The notes: generated by a model not told the origin, from the sequence alone. 64,000 nucleotides of DNA from Sarea resinae (GCA_026026165.1 JAPEUD010000043.1:62001-126000), one strand, 5' to 3'. Positions 35,598 to 47,494 are shown, counted from the stretch's first letter. Translations and numbers: made by a program.

Positions 35598-38500
35598 ATG
35601 GCTAATAGCAGCTGGACCCAGCAGTTCTCTGCTGGTGTTTACTCAAACGAACGTGACGACGACGAATCATCTGAATACTCATTCTGCAGGACGCCCTCCA
35701 GCGACTCCAGCTCAGGTGGTGGGCTTTTACTCGTCGATATGGCATCTCCATCTACCGGGTCGAGTGGCCCTGCTCTCAATAAAACCGAAAACCAACACAT
35801 CTATGGCATCGATCAGCTCTTGGAGCTTGGTAAGGATATCGGGAAATTCGATATCAATGTTTCCAAGTTTCTCCCAGCCGCTTTCAAAGGTGAGTGAAAT
35901 CGATTAGGATCTTATATCCTGAGACTGTTCATGGTCGCTTATTTACCTCACTTGACGACTTTCTTAACACACTCTTGTCCTTTCCTAACATGTCTCTCCT
36001 ATCACGTCCCCTAACACCGTTCAAACGCCATTCTTTCTTCGGCAGTCTTATCCCATTCGCATATGTCAGATCGCTTCTTTCTTTAGTCGTGCAGATGTTG
36101 CCAGTAGTATCGACACGCTTCCAGAGCCAGCAAATTTCAAGGCCTATGTTCTCCCCCTGGATAAAAAGCAATATCTTGCATCTCAAGCTCAGAATCCAAA
36201 GCTAACTATTCAAACTTAAGAGCAAGTGATCAAGCCTACAACAAAGGCCGCTCAGGCTACCAACCCCTCTGATCTAGATCAATATGGTCTGACGCAAGAA
36301 GACCAAGCACTCTTTCGTCGAGTTTCGAACGGTACTGAATCCGGTTCAAAGCCTCAGGAGGATCCGAAGTTCGAAGAATTCAAGAAACGCGTGGCATCTC
36401 CTCCAGACCAGCGTGTGACGGCGGGCGGGCGCATTGTTCCTGCCGGCAGCCAGCCCCCGATTCAAGCTGCGAGGTTGTCGTTCAACGGCGGAGAGCCTCC
36501 AGCAAACCTGGTGCCCGTCCCCATAGGAGGATTTCCAATTGTCGGCCCTGCTCCTCCGTTTGTCTCGGCTCCCATCCAAGCCGTGCCTAATGGTAGCATC
36601 GTGAACTTTGGAGGGCAAAACTACGTTCTCTACCAAGGCATGCCTGGTGTGATACCGGGGCCTCCCATGCCACCACCACCACCACCCCCTCCAATGGGCT
36701 TCATGCCTTATCCGGCACCATTTGGGATGCAGACCACTCCAATGGGACCACGTCCAGTAATGATCTCTGATCCGGAGTATGGAATGATTCGTATTCACGA
36801 AGAAAGCCAGAAAAAGCAAAAGGACGCTTTACAACGCGAATATCAACATATCCAAGATCAACTTAAGGACATGGACAAGCATTTGGCGCGTTATCGAGAA
36901 CAGCTGAGTGGTGAGGAGCAGTGGCGTCTGACTAGTCAACGTCGTCAATTGATCACAAATCAGGATCAAATCCGTTTAGCTCTCAACGGGCTCAATCCGG
37001 TTTCTACTTCGGGTAATCAAAATGCTGGGCAACGTGCATCGAGCTCTGAAAAGCCTCGTCAGTTCCAACCGGTCCGGCAATTTTCACAGCCACTTGTTGT
37101 TCATTCAAGCATTCAGAATGAGAACGTCAATTATTGGAATGGAGCTGCCGTCTTGAATGGTCCTGGACCGGCTCTTCAGCAAGCTGCTGCCCCAGGCGCT
37201 GTTCTCCTTCCACCGCCCACCACAAAGCCGAGGGTCGTATATCAGGCCATCGAGCGCGCATGCGAGTCGAAGGAAGAGCTCGAAGAAGCTTGTCGTCAGT
37301 CCCGAGAGAATACGTGGGTCTATGGGACCTCCGAATATGACCCCGATGATCTTCGGTTTTTCTATCAACAAGGTACGGCACCTTTGCCCTGCGATAAGCT
37401 GTGGGCCGCCTATCATCAAGACGCTACATCTTTACCCAAAGATCTCTTTGGAAAGTTAATTCAAGAGGTCTATGTGGTGGCCTGCGATGAAGATGGCACT
37501 CCTCGATTGCCAGCTGGATGCAAGGCATACCTAACCCAAGAGGTTCCAAGCGATTCTTCGGAGAGTGCTAAAACTGATCCACCGAAGACCGTATGGTGTG
37601 TTCGTTTCCCGGACAACTCCAAGGTTGAGGTCCTGTCCGGGTTCGACACGTGGAATATTTGCGGCATAAATCCCCGCTGCTTTCGGGCTACTAGTGCGGC
37701 TCGTGAGCTGGCAAAGCAGACCCGTGAAGCTTACTTTTCTAGAATCACTGCCGCTGCCGAGGCGGAGAAGAAAGCTAGATTGGAGCGTGAAGCGCAGGCC
37801 GTCGAATTCTACAAGGCTGCATTTGGCGATGAAGACTTGAGTTCCGAATCTCAACATCCTCTCTCCAACGCCAGCAACCACGGACAGAAAAATACAGGTC
37901 AGACTCCGAAGTCGACCACTTTGGATCCAACGACGCCAGAATGGCAGATTTCGGGTTCGACTTCAAACTTTGCTCAGAACGCAGCTGCCAATAAGCACAA
38001 CTCATTCCACAACGGTGCCCTGTATCAGAAGCCCAACGGCGGTACCACCGGCAGTACAAGCTCTAGCGCCACGATGCGTAACGAGGATGATAATGCCGCG
38101 AGTGGCGCTGCAGGCCAAATGTCTAGTAATACCATGAGCAACATCTCAGGGGCCAAGTGAGTACTCCATTCAGCCCGAGTCTGCGTTGACACTGTCTCTG
38201 TACCTTGGACATCAACTAACAGATGCTTCTGCAGGAACTTCCACAATCAGGAGGCTCAGCGTGGCTTCTTGCAAGCAATGCTTAAAGATCCTCGGTATTC
38301 AGCCAACGCCGTTAAACAGGATTCTCTTCCGAGGGTCGTCTGTCAGCCACGAAGTGGTATGGAGCCTAAAGTCCGTGATTTTGCCATCCAACCTCACGAC
38401 GGAAAGCTTCAAGCCAGTAATCAATCTTCATGCTCGAATGAGCAGTATCCAGGCCACGGACAAGAGCACGCCTCTCCAATCTTGAACAAGGCTGGCTATT

Positions 38501-38748
38501 CTATCGCCGGTCTTCCTACGCAGGCTGCCGGATACTTTTCCTCGTTTAACTTCAACGGTGTGCCAGGAGGCCCTTTTGCACAAGCTCGCCGCCTCACCAT
38601 CAACAATGAGGCTTCCGTCAAGTGTGGCAATACTTCGAGCAGCGCTGGAGAGCGTCATGTGCCTGTCCCGATGACCCTTCCAGCCACGACGTACGCAGTA
38701 CAAGCTCCTCAGATTCAGGACCAAAACCAAGGTCAGGGCCAGAATTAG
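35598..38748 (+). CDS. Large, mostly disordered hypothetical protein with candidate eIF4E-binding and PAM2-like motifs and a coiled coil
   Basis: GCCATGG at 35598 (upstream in-frame ATGs at 35574 and 35577). Exon 35598-35889, intron 35890-36220 (GCTAAC branch), exon 36221 to ~38157, a short intron, and a last exon to TAG 38748. The frame is preserved across both junctions. Confidence 0.8.
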
Positions 38749-39459
38749 AACGATTGCCGTCCGGAGATGACCGACGAGCATAAGAAGTGGAACGCGGCCA
38801 ACTATCACTGAATCGAGCTGTGACTGAGTCGTGATAGAAGAGAATCGAGGAGGAACAAGGTGAATTTTCGATACAGAGAGAACTGGGTTGCCTTCCGCCT
38901 TTTTGAGCTATGAACTTTTGTGCCTTCAATACCACCTATCAATATGGGATGGCAACATTTGTCTCTTTGGTATGAAGACTCATTCTTTTTTGTCATCGAA
39001 GACGATCTTTTTCCTTCGGGTGTCTTTTTTCTCTTTCCATTCGATGCTTGCAGAAGCACTGTCGACAGTATTGTTATAGGACACTGGGGTGTGATGACTG
39101 GGGAATGAGCATAGCGACGCAGCGTGATGGGTCCGTTTTCTCTCTTCGTCTTTTGAGGTGTACGTAACCTTAGCTACACGCTTCCGTCCTAGTCCATATG
39201 TTCATGATCCGACCTCTTCTCTGCCAAACCCGAGCAATGCGCAGAAATTCCCATAGCCTCGTACGTAGATGAATGAATCGATTTTCTTTTTTGTCCCCTT
39301 TTGCTTACATGCCGCCTTCTTCTCGGTCCATGTGACCCCGTGAACAATGTCGAGTATAGAGAAGGTAGACTCGTGGGATCAAGTGAAGGTCCTGTGGACA
39401 GGTTGAGGGAAGTGAGATCAAGGACGCCGTAGAAGAATATATCTTCCTCCTCCTTCCCT

Positions 39460-39520
39460 CCCCCCCCCCCCCCCCCCACGTGCGCTATCTCGTCGTTGGT
39501 TGGGGGGGGGGGGGGGGGGG
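39460..39520. repeat. C18 / G19 inverted homopolymer pair
   Basis: C-run 39460-39477, 24-nt spacer, G-run 39502-39520. Confidence 0.9.
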
Positions 39521-42500
39521 TCTTTTACTTACTCACTAATGATGATATAGAGATAGGCTGGTAGATAGAAGGGACAGGTAGGTAGGTAGGTGAGTAAGGC
39601 TTAGGTAAACAGGTAGGTGAGTAGGCCAAGAGGTAGGTAGGGAAGTAGGAGGCTAGATAAGGTAGGCAGAGTAGAGTAGGTCACTTACTGACTTGCTTTG
39701 TTATTATAGAATCTAAGACTTATTGACGTTGTTTAGTGTTTGTGTTTGTGTTAGAGGTAGAGATGAAAGTAAGGTAGAGGTGAAAGTAAAATTCGAGAAA
39801 GAGAAAACAGAAACAGAGTAGTCTAAACAAAGATATATAGAATAGTAGAGCTAGAGAAAGCGAGTCTACTCTAAAAGACTCTCTTGATTATTATGATCAC
39901 GCACAGCTTTAGTATTTAACATTGTTGTTTATATTACTATCACCAAGGTAGATAACATCGTATATCTTATTTAACTATCGACTAACTATCTCTTTCTCCT
40001 TTTTTCTTGCCGTTCTTTTTTCTCTCTCTTATGTGTGAAAACCGATGAAATGTTCGCTTTTTCTTTCTTGGATTATATAAAGAAATCGCGCAGGACAGGA
40101 TCCATTAATAGAGAAGAGAAGAGGGGAGAGGCGAGAGCATGTGCTTAAACTTAGGGGTTTTTTCTGGTTTGAAGTTTGTTGCTCTTACACAGTATGTATG
40201 TAGGTAGGTATGTAGGTAGGTAGGTAGGTAGGTAGGTAGGTAGGTATAGGGGGCTATCTAGGGGAACCTCGGAAAGCTATAAAGATAGTTAGGTGGGTAG
40301 GTACTAAGACATCCAGAGGCTGACCCGAGGATCCAATGCGATCTCTATTCTCTAGTAGTGCGATAGCTGGCCACCTACTCTTAGTACCTAGGTAAGGTAA
40401 TTACATTTACTTTCCACAGACCCGGTTGTCTCGAAGATCTGTACGAAGACGCAGGCAGGCACTCTGCTGACTCTGCTGACTCTGCTGACTCGCGGATCCA
40501 GGCCGGTGTCCAGTACGTTGGCTGTCTCGCCGCCGCTGCAGGGAGGGAGAGCGAGGTCTGGAACGTCGCGAATGAATGAGAGAGAGAGTTTATTAGGTAC
40601 TCCGGAGTAGATAGCTGGCTAGGTAGGTAGGTAGGTACTTCAGTAGTAGCAGTAGGTGTGGACGTTACGTAGATGGTGGTGGCTCCATATGATAGGATAC
40701 GAAAAGATATGAAACGATAGGATACGGTACGATACGATATAAACAGACCGCCACAGAAAGGGGGATCCAAGACCAGATTCGCTTTTTCACTATATTTACC
40801 TTTTCCTGTGGTGGGGGATTGTCGGCCATGTTCTATTTATAGGACCGGGGCATGTGTGGATGGAAAGGCATTTCCTTGTTCTTGGATGGATATCAAATTT
40901 GTGTGCAGTTGATTATGGATAGAAGTAGGTACAGGGGTGCATATATGCATGCGGCTCAAGAGTCGAGAGTTGAGAGTCGAGTCGAGCGTCGAGTATGGCT
41001 GGCTGCATGGATGGACGGATGCGACGTCAGGCTTGCAAGTGCGGACAATGAGCGTTGTTGTTTTCTGTTGACCTTGTCTGATTGTGTGGATTTTGGGGCA
41101 CGAAAAAGAAAGGGAAGTCTGGGCGCGCCTGGAGGCGGGCGGCGCTGCGACGCTGGCGTGCATGTGCATGGTATGGTATGGTAGGTAGGTCGGTCGGTCG
41201 GTAGGTAGGTAGGTGCCTGGTGCATGCATACACGAGGGAAGAGAAGCGGAAGTGGGAGTGTGAGCTGGAGATTCGCACAGTAGACGAGAGGGTAGGGGCT
41301 CTGATGTACGAAATCGTAGACGAGTAGGTGAATGGTTAGATTAATGAGACTGCGAGGTTATCGATTGAGTGGGGGGGGGGGGGGGGGGGAAGGGAGCAGT
41401 GCGGTTTTGCGGTTTCTATGCCGCGGCTGGGAGCACGGAGTAGAGAGGGGTATCTAAGGTTAGAGAGGAAGTAGGCAGCGAGGAGAAGAGGGCGGGAGAG
41501 GTTTGAGGCTTCAAGATGACGTTGGACAGGGACTGATGTATGGTCACAAAAGATGGTGCTCTTGGAAGGCCGAGTGTTTCTCTTCTCCCTCTAGGGTTTC
41601 GAGAACGACGATGATGGACCCGTCGTCCCACTGCTACCCGGGACGAGACACAGACTATGGGGTTGTGACGTCAAACCACGATATTCACCCGAGACTGCTG
41701 GAGACGCGACACAGGATCGACGGAGGGAGTGCCGGTGCTACGGCGTGGGTCGAGTCGAGGGTGGAGAGCGTACGGAGGATGAGTACTCCAGTAGGTACTG
41801 AGACGTTCGAGCTTAGCAGAGCAAGGGAGATGCCGTGGGTAAAGTGGAGGTGGACTGGCACGTCGAGTGGAGTTGGGTGGTCCATGATATCTCGCGATGC
41901 GAACTGATACGGGCGATACGTAATTGCGGTACTCTGAGTCTACTGACGGGAAGTACTCCAAGTCCCGAGGCATCTAAGGCATCTCTCCTCTCATCACCCT
42001 CCCGGAAGCAAGGCACCGTGTACTGAGTATATCACCAGGAGCATACGGAAGTACTATGAGGATGACCAAGCACGCCCAAATTGTTGAGGGCCAAGATCAC
42101 CAAGATCACCATTGATGTCGATTGCCTGATTGATTGACTGGCTGACTGACTGACTGGCGGAGTGTCTGATCGATGGCATGCATCCCAGCATCGATGCCGT
42201 GCCAGCTCAAGGGACCGAGTACTCGAGCAGATGTCCTTTGGCCAGGTGTTGCACGTACCCGACCGGCTGGCTGGCACGGGAGGTACCGACTCCCCACGTA
42301 CTGAAGTACTATGTACTACGTACTGGCGTCCGACCCCTGGCTTCCACGTTGACGGCGACACACTTGCCGCTCGTCTATCTCCCGTCGGCCATGAGAGAGC
42401 AGGTTTCGTGCTGCCCTGGCCGGACATGATTCTTGATGCAAACATGCAAATGGGGGATATGCGGTACGCTATGTACGAAGTACCTCGCTAGAGTACCAGG

Positions 42501-43876
42501 ACACCAAGGTAATGGAGGGAATGCCCGCTTCAGCCGAAATAGAGTGTTAGAGTGCGCTCCAAGCCAGCACAGCCTCAGTCTCTCCCTCTTGGATGGCCGT
42601 ACTCATGGTACAGGACTTGCACCGGGGCCCGGGGGCGTGTTCGAGTGTTCGAGTGTTCGAGTGTTCGAGGCCTCCCTCTCGTACTCTACCTCATCACCCC
42701 AGCATCCCAGCCAGCAGGACGCACTACCGCAAACGTGAGCCCGTCGTTGGTGGTGCGAGCACCACCAGTCATCGAGACCCAATGACCGTTTTTCTTCCCT
42801 CTCCGGCATCTGTGCATTAGATTGTTCACGTTAGTCGGTCTGATGGCCGTGTGAAGTCGTCCTAGTCGCGTAGTCGGAGTAGTAGCCGTCCTAGTCGTGT
42901 TAGAGGCGAGAAGGGATGCATGGAAGCATGCATGCTTGCATGGATTGAGCCCTTTTGTTGCCCTCGAGCGTTCGAGTGCCTTACGCGTACACGGTGGTAC
43001 TCGCTACGCGCACTGCCCGCGGTGCATGCCCGCGCGGCCAAGTACCCGATACCCGGATTTGCCTTACTTTTCTCGCTCTACCTTGCTTCGTACTCTGTAG
43101 CAGAACAGAACCGGAACCGATCCCAGAGTGCACCACTACCGCACGAACCGACTAAAGCCCTCCAGCGGCTTACGTACTGCTACTGCCCACCACCATCAGT
43201 CGAGTACCATCGCCTGCCCCGGCACTGGGTACAGATACCTCTCCGACACCCACACGAACTCTCTCCCCCCCTACCTTGCCTTCCCTTACCTTCCCTCACC
43301 TCGCCTTACGGTAGGTACCTGCTAACCTAGAGTACTATGTACCTCCAGCTTGCCCCTACTCGTAGTACTCGAGTACTTCGATGAACACACACTACCACTC
43401 TACCACTCTACCACTCCACCACACTACCTTTCCCTTCCACTCACCTCCTTCCTCTGGTCCTGACTTGACTCGCCGCATCCCATCTTTAACTTCAGCGGTC
43501 TCCAGCTTTCCTCTCGACCAGCTGATCACTCACTCCATCCCGCGTCTACCATAGCCATTCACCTGCCCACGATCCTCAGCCCTATCGTGTGCTGAGTGCC
43601 ATCGTGGTTGAGCCCTGGGGCAGAAGAGAAGCTCAGAAGATGGCCTGGTGAATGCGTCCTTTTCCCCATTGCATTCCATCCCTCAATTGCCGTCAAATTA
43701 CGCAAGACCCGTCTGTTATCGGTACCTGCTTGGATCGACAGGCCACACTACCATCACCATCACCATCACCATCACCACCACCACCACCACCATAACGACC
43801 CTCCAATTTTCGTGACAGCCGCGCTGTCTGCAAAGCACTCCTCTCCTTTTTCTCATCTCGAGCCATTCTCTTTCCG

Positions 43877-46002
43877 ATGACTCAATTCTTTACCTCATCG
43901 TCGCACGCTTCGACGCTGTCGTCGGAGAAGCGGGCTCTCTCCGGCCCCACGGCGTCGAACAAGCAAGCCAACGGCACTGCTGCCAGTCATTTCAATCAGA
44001 GAATCAAGAACTTCTTTCGCATCAATAGCAATAGCAGCAACAGCAGTATTCATAGCGGTGATGGCAATTCGACGCATAGACCCGAGAGCAAAACCTCGAC
44101 CAATAAATCTCGCTTCCTCCCCAACATCAATCGAAATCGATCGACCACCGTCGCCAGCGAGGGCAATACTCTCGACGATGGCATCTCTCCCACCGCCCAC
44201 GCTAATCCATACTTTGTCCACCAGGGTCCGCCGGCGTTGAGACATCACAACAATGATAGCGTTCCATCCACGCCGCCGGACTCGCCTCATCCACCGAAGA
44301 TCGAGGTGGTCAAAGCCGATGATCAAGCTACGACTGCGAACAAAGAGGAGTTGGCCAGGAAATTGCGGAGGGTGGCATCCGCACCCAACGCTCAAGGCCT
44401 CTTTGCCGGTTCCAATGCCAATGAGAGGCCGGCCACAGCGGAACTGGGAAAGGAGCCATTGGTTCAGCATGGCGACTCAACGACACTTAGCATGATCGAC
44501 AACTCGGAGCATCTTGTCCCTATGCCAACGAGTCATGGTGGTATCCCATCCCCGGGCCAGATCCGGAACTCGATAGCTTTCAGAAGGACCTACAGCTCGA
44601 ACTCCATCAAGGTGCGGAATGTCGAAGTTGGACCGTCTAGCTTCGACAAGATCAAGTTGATTGGTAAGGGAGATGTTGGCAAGGTCTATCTCGTCCGCGA
44701 GAAGAAGTCGAGTCGGCTGTATGCCATGAAAGGTATGCTTGCTGCGAGACTGCGCTGGTGATAAAGCTAACCCCCTTCAGTCCTGAGTAAGAAGGAAATG
44801 ATCAAACGAAACAAGATCAAGAGGGCATTGGCCGAACAGGAGATCCTGGCCACCAGCAATCATCCGTTTATTGTGACGTTGTATCACTCCTTCCAATCCG
44901 AGGACCATCTTTATCTATGTATGGAGTACTGTAGTGGCGGAGAGTTCTTTAGAGGTATGCCTCTACGATTCATGACTCCGAGAACCTGATACTGACCGCT
45001 GCAGCCCTTCAAACTCGACCTGGTAAATGTATTCCCGAAGACGATGCGAGATTCTATGCCGGAGAAGTCATCGCTGCATTAGAGTATCTGCATTTGATGG
45101 GGTTCATATATAGAGATCTGAAACCCGAGAGTATGTTGAACTTTCAAACGATTTCACGAGCCTATTTCTAACCAAAGTAGATATTCTGCTACATCAATCT
45201 GGCCATATCATGTTGTCAGACTTTGACCTTTCGAAACAATCTGATCCCGGTGGTGCTCCTACAATTATCCTAGGCCGAGGTGGAGCGACGGCCTCGTCAT
45301 TGCCAACAATCGACACGAAATCTTGCATTGCCAATTTCAGGACCAACTCTTTTGTCGGCACGGAGGAATATATCGCTCCGGAGGTCATCAAGGGATGCGG
45401 CCACACAAGTGCAGTTGATTGGTGGACATTGGGGATATTGATCTACGAAATGTTATTTGGCACAACACCATTCAAGGGGAAGAACAGGAACGCGACGTTT
45501 GCCAACATCCTGCGTGACGAGGTGCCCTTCCCAGAGCACTCGGGCTCGCCTCAAGTCTCCCAGTAAGTTTCTAGCTGCTTCTGTTTATGTACCCTCTGAC
45601 TGGTATATCAGCCTTTGCAAATCCCTCATCCGAAAACTCCTCATCAAAGACGAAAGTCGTCGCTTGGGTTCCCGCGCTGGAGCTTCAGACGTCAAGGCCC
45701 ATCCATTCTTCCGAAACACGCAATGGGCTCTTCTGAGACATACGAAACCTCCAATGGTTCCACACCAAGGGCGAGGTATTGATACGGTCAACTTCCGCAA
45801 CGTCAAAGAGAGCGAGAGTGTGGACATTAGTGCAGCCAAGGCGAAGGGGATACCGTTGGATTCGGGACTGTCAACGCCTGGCGCCGAAGTTGAGGATCCT
45901 TTCGGCCAATTCAATAGCGTGACATTGCATCACGACGGCGACGACAGCAACGAGACGGATGATGAGGTGGCTGTGGGATCGTATGGCAGCAACTGGGGCT
46001 GA
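43877..46002 (+). CDS. nrc-2: AGC Ser/Thr kinase, nrc-2 / Fpk1-Kin82 (flippase kinase) family
   Basis: N-terminal RIKNFFRIN and LRRVASAPN; kinase motifs [29 protein letters not shown] and [15 protein letters not shown]; several GT-AG introns (first 44733-44780). Confidence 0.95.
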
Positions 46003-46477
46003 AGATATCGAACAATGGGCCAGGAGAACGGAGCAGGAAAAAAAAAACCATCTTCACGAGAGAATGACTTTGACGATTTGTGTGCGCTCTGATTGTGCCA
46101 ACCGTTGACAAGAGGAGCTCGGCTTTCGGTGGGATATCTTCATGGGCATGAATTGTGTCTTTCTATGGCTTTTGTCCACGCGTGTCGTGTGTTCTGGGGT
46201 CGCGCTCCACACTACCTACTTTGTTAGATGCGGCGATTGATGGATGGACGGACTGGGACAGAGGATAAGCGCTTGCGACTCTGCATTCTGCACATTTTCG
46301 AGGCATGGCTTGGGGCGCTTTTGTGTGTATTTGATAGGCATGATACGGTGTTGAATCTCTGATACGAATAGTGAGATTGGTTCAATGTACCATCCCATCC
46401 ATGGACGTTATGACGAAGTGCGGATGTTGTAGTGTACTACGGAGTATGCGTAGATTTGGTGGACCCCATTTCCTCGT

Positions 46478-46499
46478 AGACGCGAACTTCGCGTCTCCC
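46478..46499. promoter_or_regulatory. Palindromic double MCB/SCB-like element upstream of DAD3
   Basis: AGACGCGA-ACT-TCGCGTCT perfect 8-bp inverted repeat, ~470 bp upstream of the DAD3 ATG. Confidence 0.4.
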
Positions 46500-46969
46500 G
46501 CGCTTGAGTTGGGTCATGTCGAGTTTCCCCCACTATCAACACGAGACATCTGAGACTCCGATATATCAACACATCCAAAACCCACTCGAGCAGATGCCTT
46601 TGTCGTCACAGAAGTCTCAACGCACTCTGACTCTAGCGATTGTATTGAACACGGAAAGCAGGCTTCTCCGGCGTTTCATTTGAACTATTCGGGGCGAAAG
46701 CGCAATTCTACGCACGACCTCGGCCTCCGTCTCTCGCTCATACATGACCTTTCATCTTGTGCGTGGTTGAGCGCTTTCCTGGCTCAGACGGACGGATCAC
46801 GTCGCCCTTCCGACACCCATACGAGACCTTTTCGTCACCCGTCCGTGGGATCTGTCAATCTATATCTACACATACACATCCACATACAAACACACAGACA
46901 TACGACTACTTTCATCCCTGTCGGTGGTCTGCCTATCTTTTTGTCTCGGGAGAGTAATAGCGAGCGGAC

Positions 46970-47494
46970 ATGGCCTCACAAGCGGAAACGAGCAACACTG
47001 CGGGCGTGTCGACGGCTGGAGGAGCTGGAGCCGGAGCCGGAGGGGAACAACAGGCGCAGAGTCTATCGCCGCTGGAGGCCGAGGTGCTGGATGAATATGC
47101 CAGGGTGGTTGAGAATCTAAATACGGTATTGATTCTCTCTATCTTGTCTTTTTCGCTCCTATACTCTTCTTGCATTCCTCCTCCTTCCCCTCCTCCCAAT
47201 CTCTCAACAAGACTACCCACTGACGAAACCCACACACGCGCATCACAGCTCTCGTCCAAACTCAACGCTCTCTCCAGCGCGCCCAGCGCCGAGGTCCTGG
47301 ATTCCTTGCGCATGCTGGAGCGGAAAACGAGCCTGGTCTTCACGTTGCTAAAGGCGAGCGTCTACAGCATCGTGCTGCAGCAGCAGGTGTATGTTGGCGA
47401 GGAGGGAGGAGGTGGGGATGAAGGTGAAGCTGGGTCTGGGCCTGACGACGGTGGGCACGTGCATGGGGGCGTCGAGGATGAGGACTGGAGGTGA
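46970..47494 (+). CDS. DAD3: DASH/Dam1 kinetochore complex subunit Dad3
   Basis: LSPLEAEVLDEY...NLNT|LSSKL...VLDSLRMLERKTSLVFTLLKASVYSIVLQQ; intron 47126-47248. Confidence 0.95.
   Translation: MASQAETSNTAGVSTAGGAGAGAGGEQQAQSLSPLEAEVLDEYARVVENLNTVLILSILSFSLLYSSCIPPPSPPPNLSTRLPTDETHTRASQLSSKLNALSSAPSAEVLDSLRMLERKTSLVFTLLKASVYSIVLQQQVYVGEEGGGGDEGEAGSGPDDGGHVHGGVEDEDWR

Noticed and set aside
38746..38906. Protein-like text after the TAG of the unknown gene (possible readthrough or A-to-I stop editing)
   Set aside because: Would need several stops bypassed plus a frameshift; no readthrough context.
43596..43880. Poly-His ORF in the ORF track
   Set aside because: GTG start; the His run is the (CAC/CAT)n repeat read in another frame. 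The ATG-initiated frame is the poly-Pro uORF.
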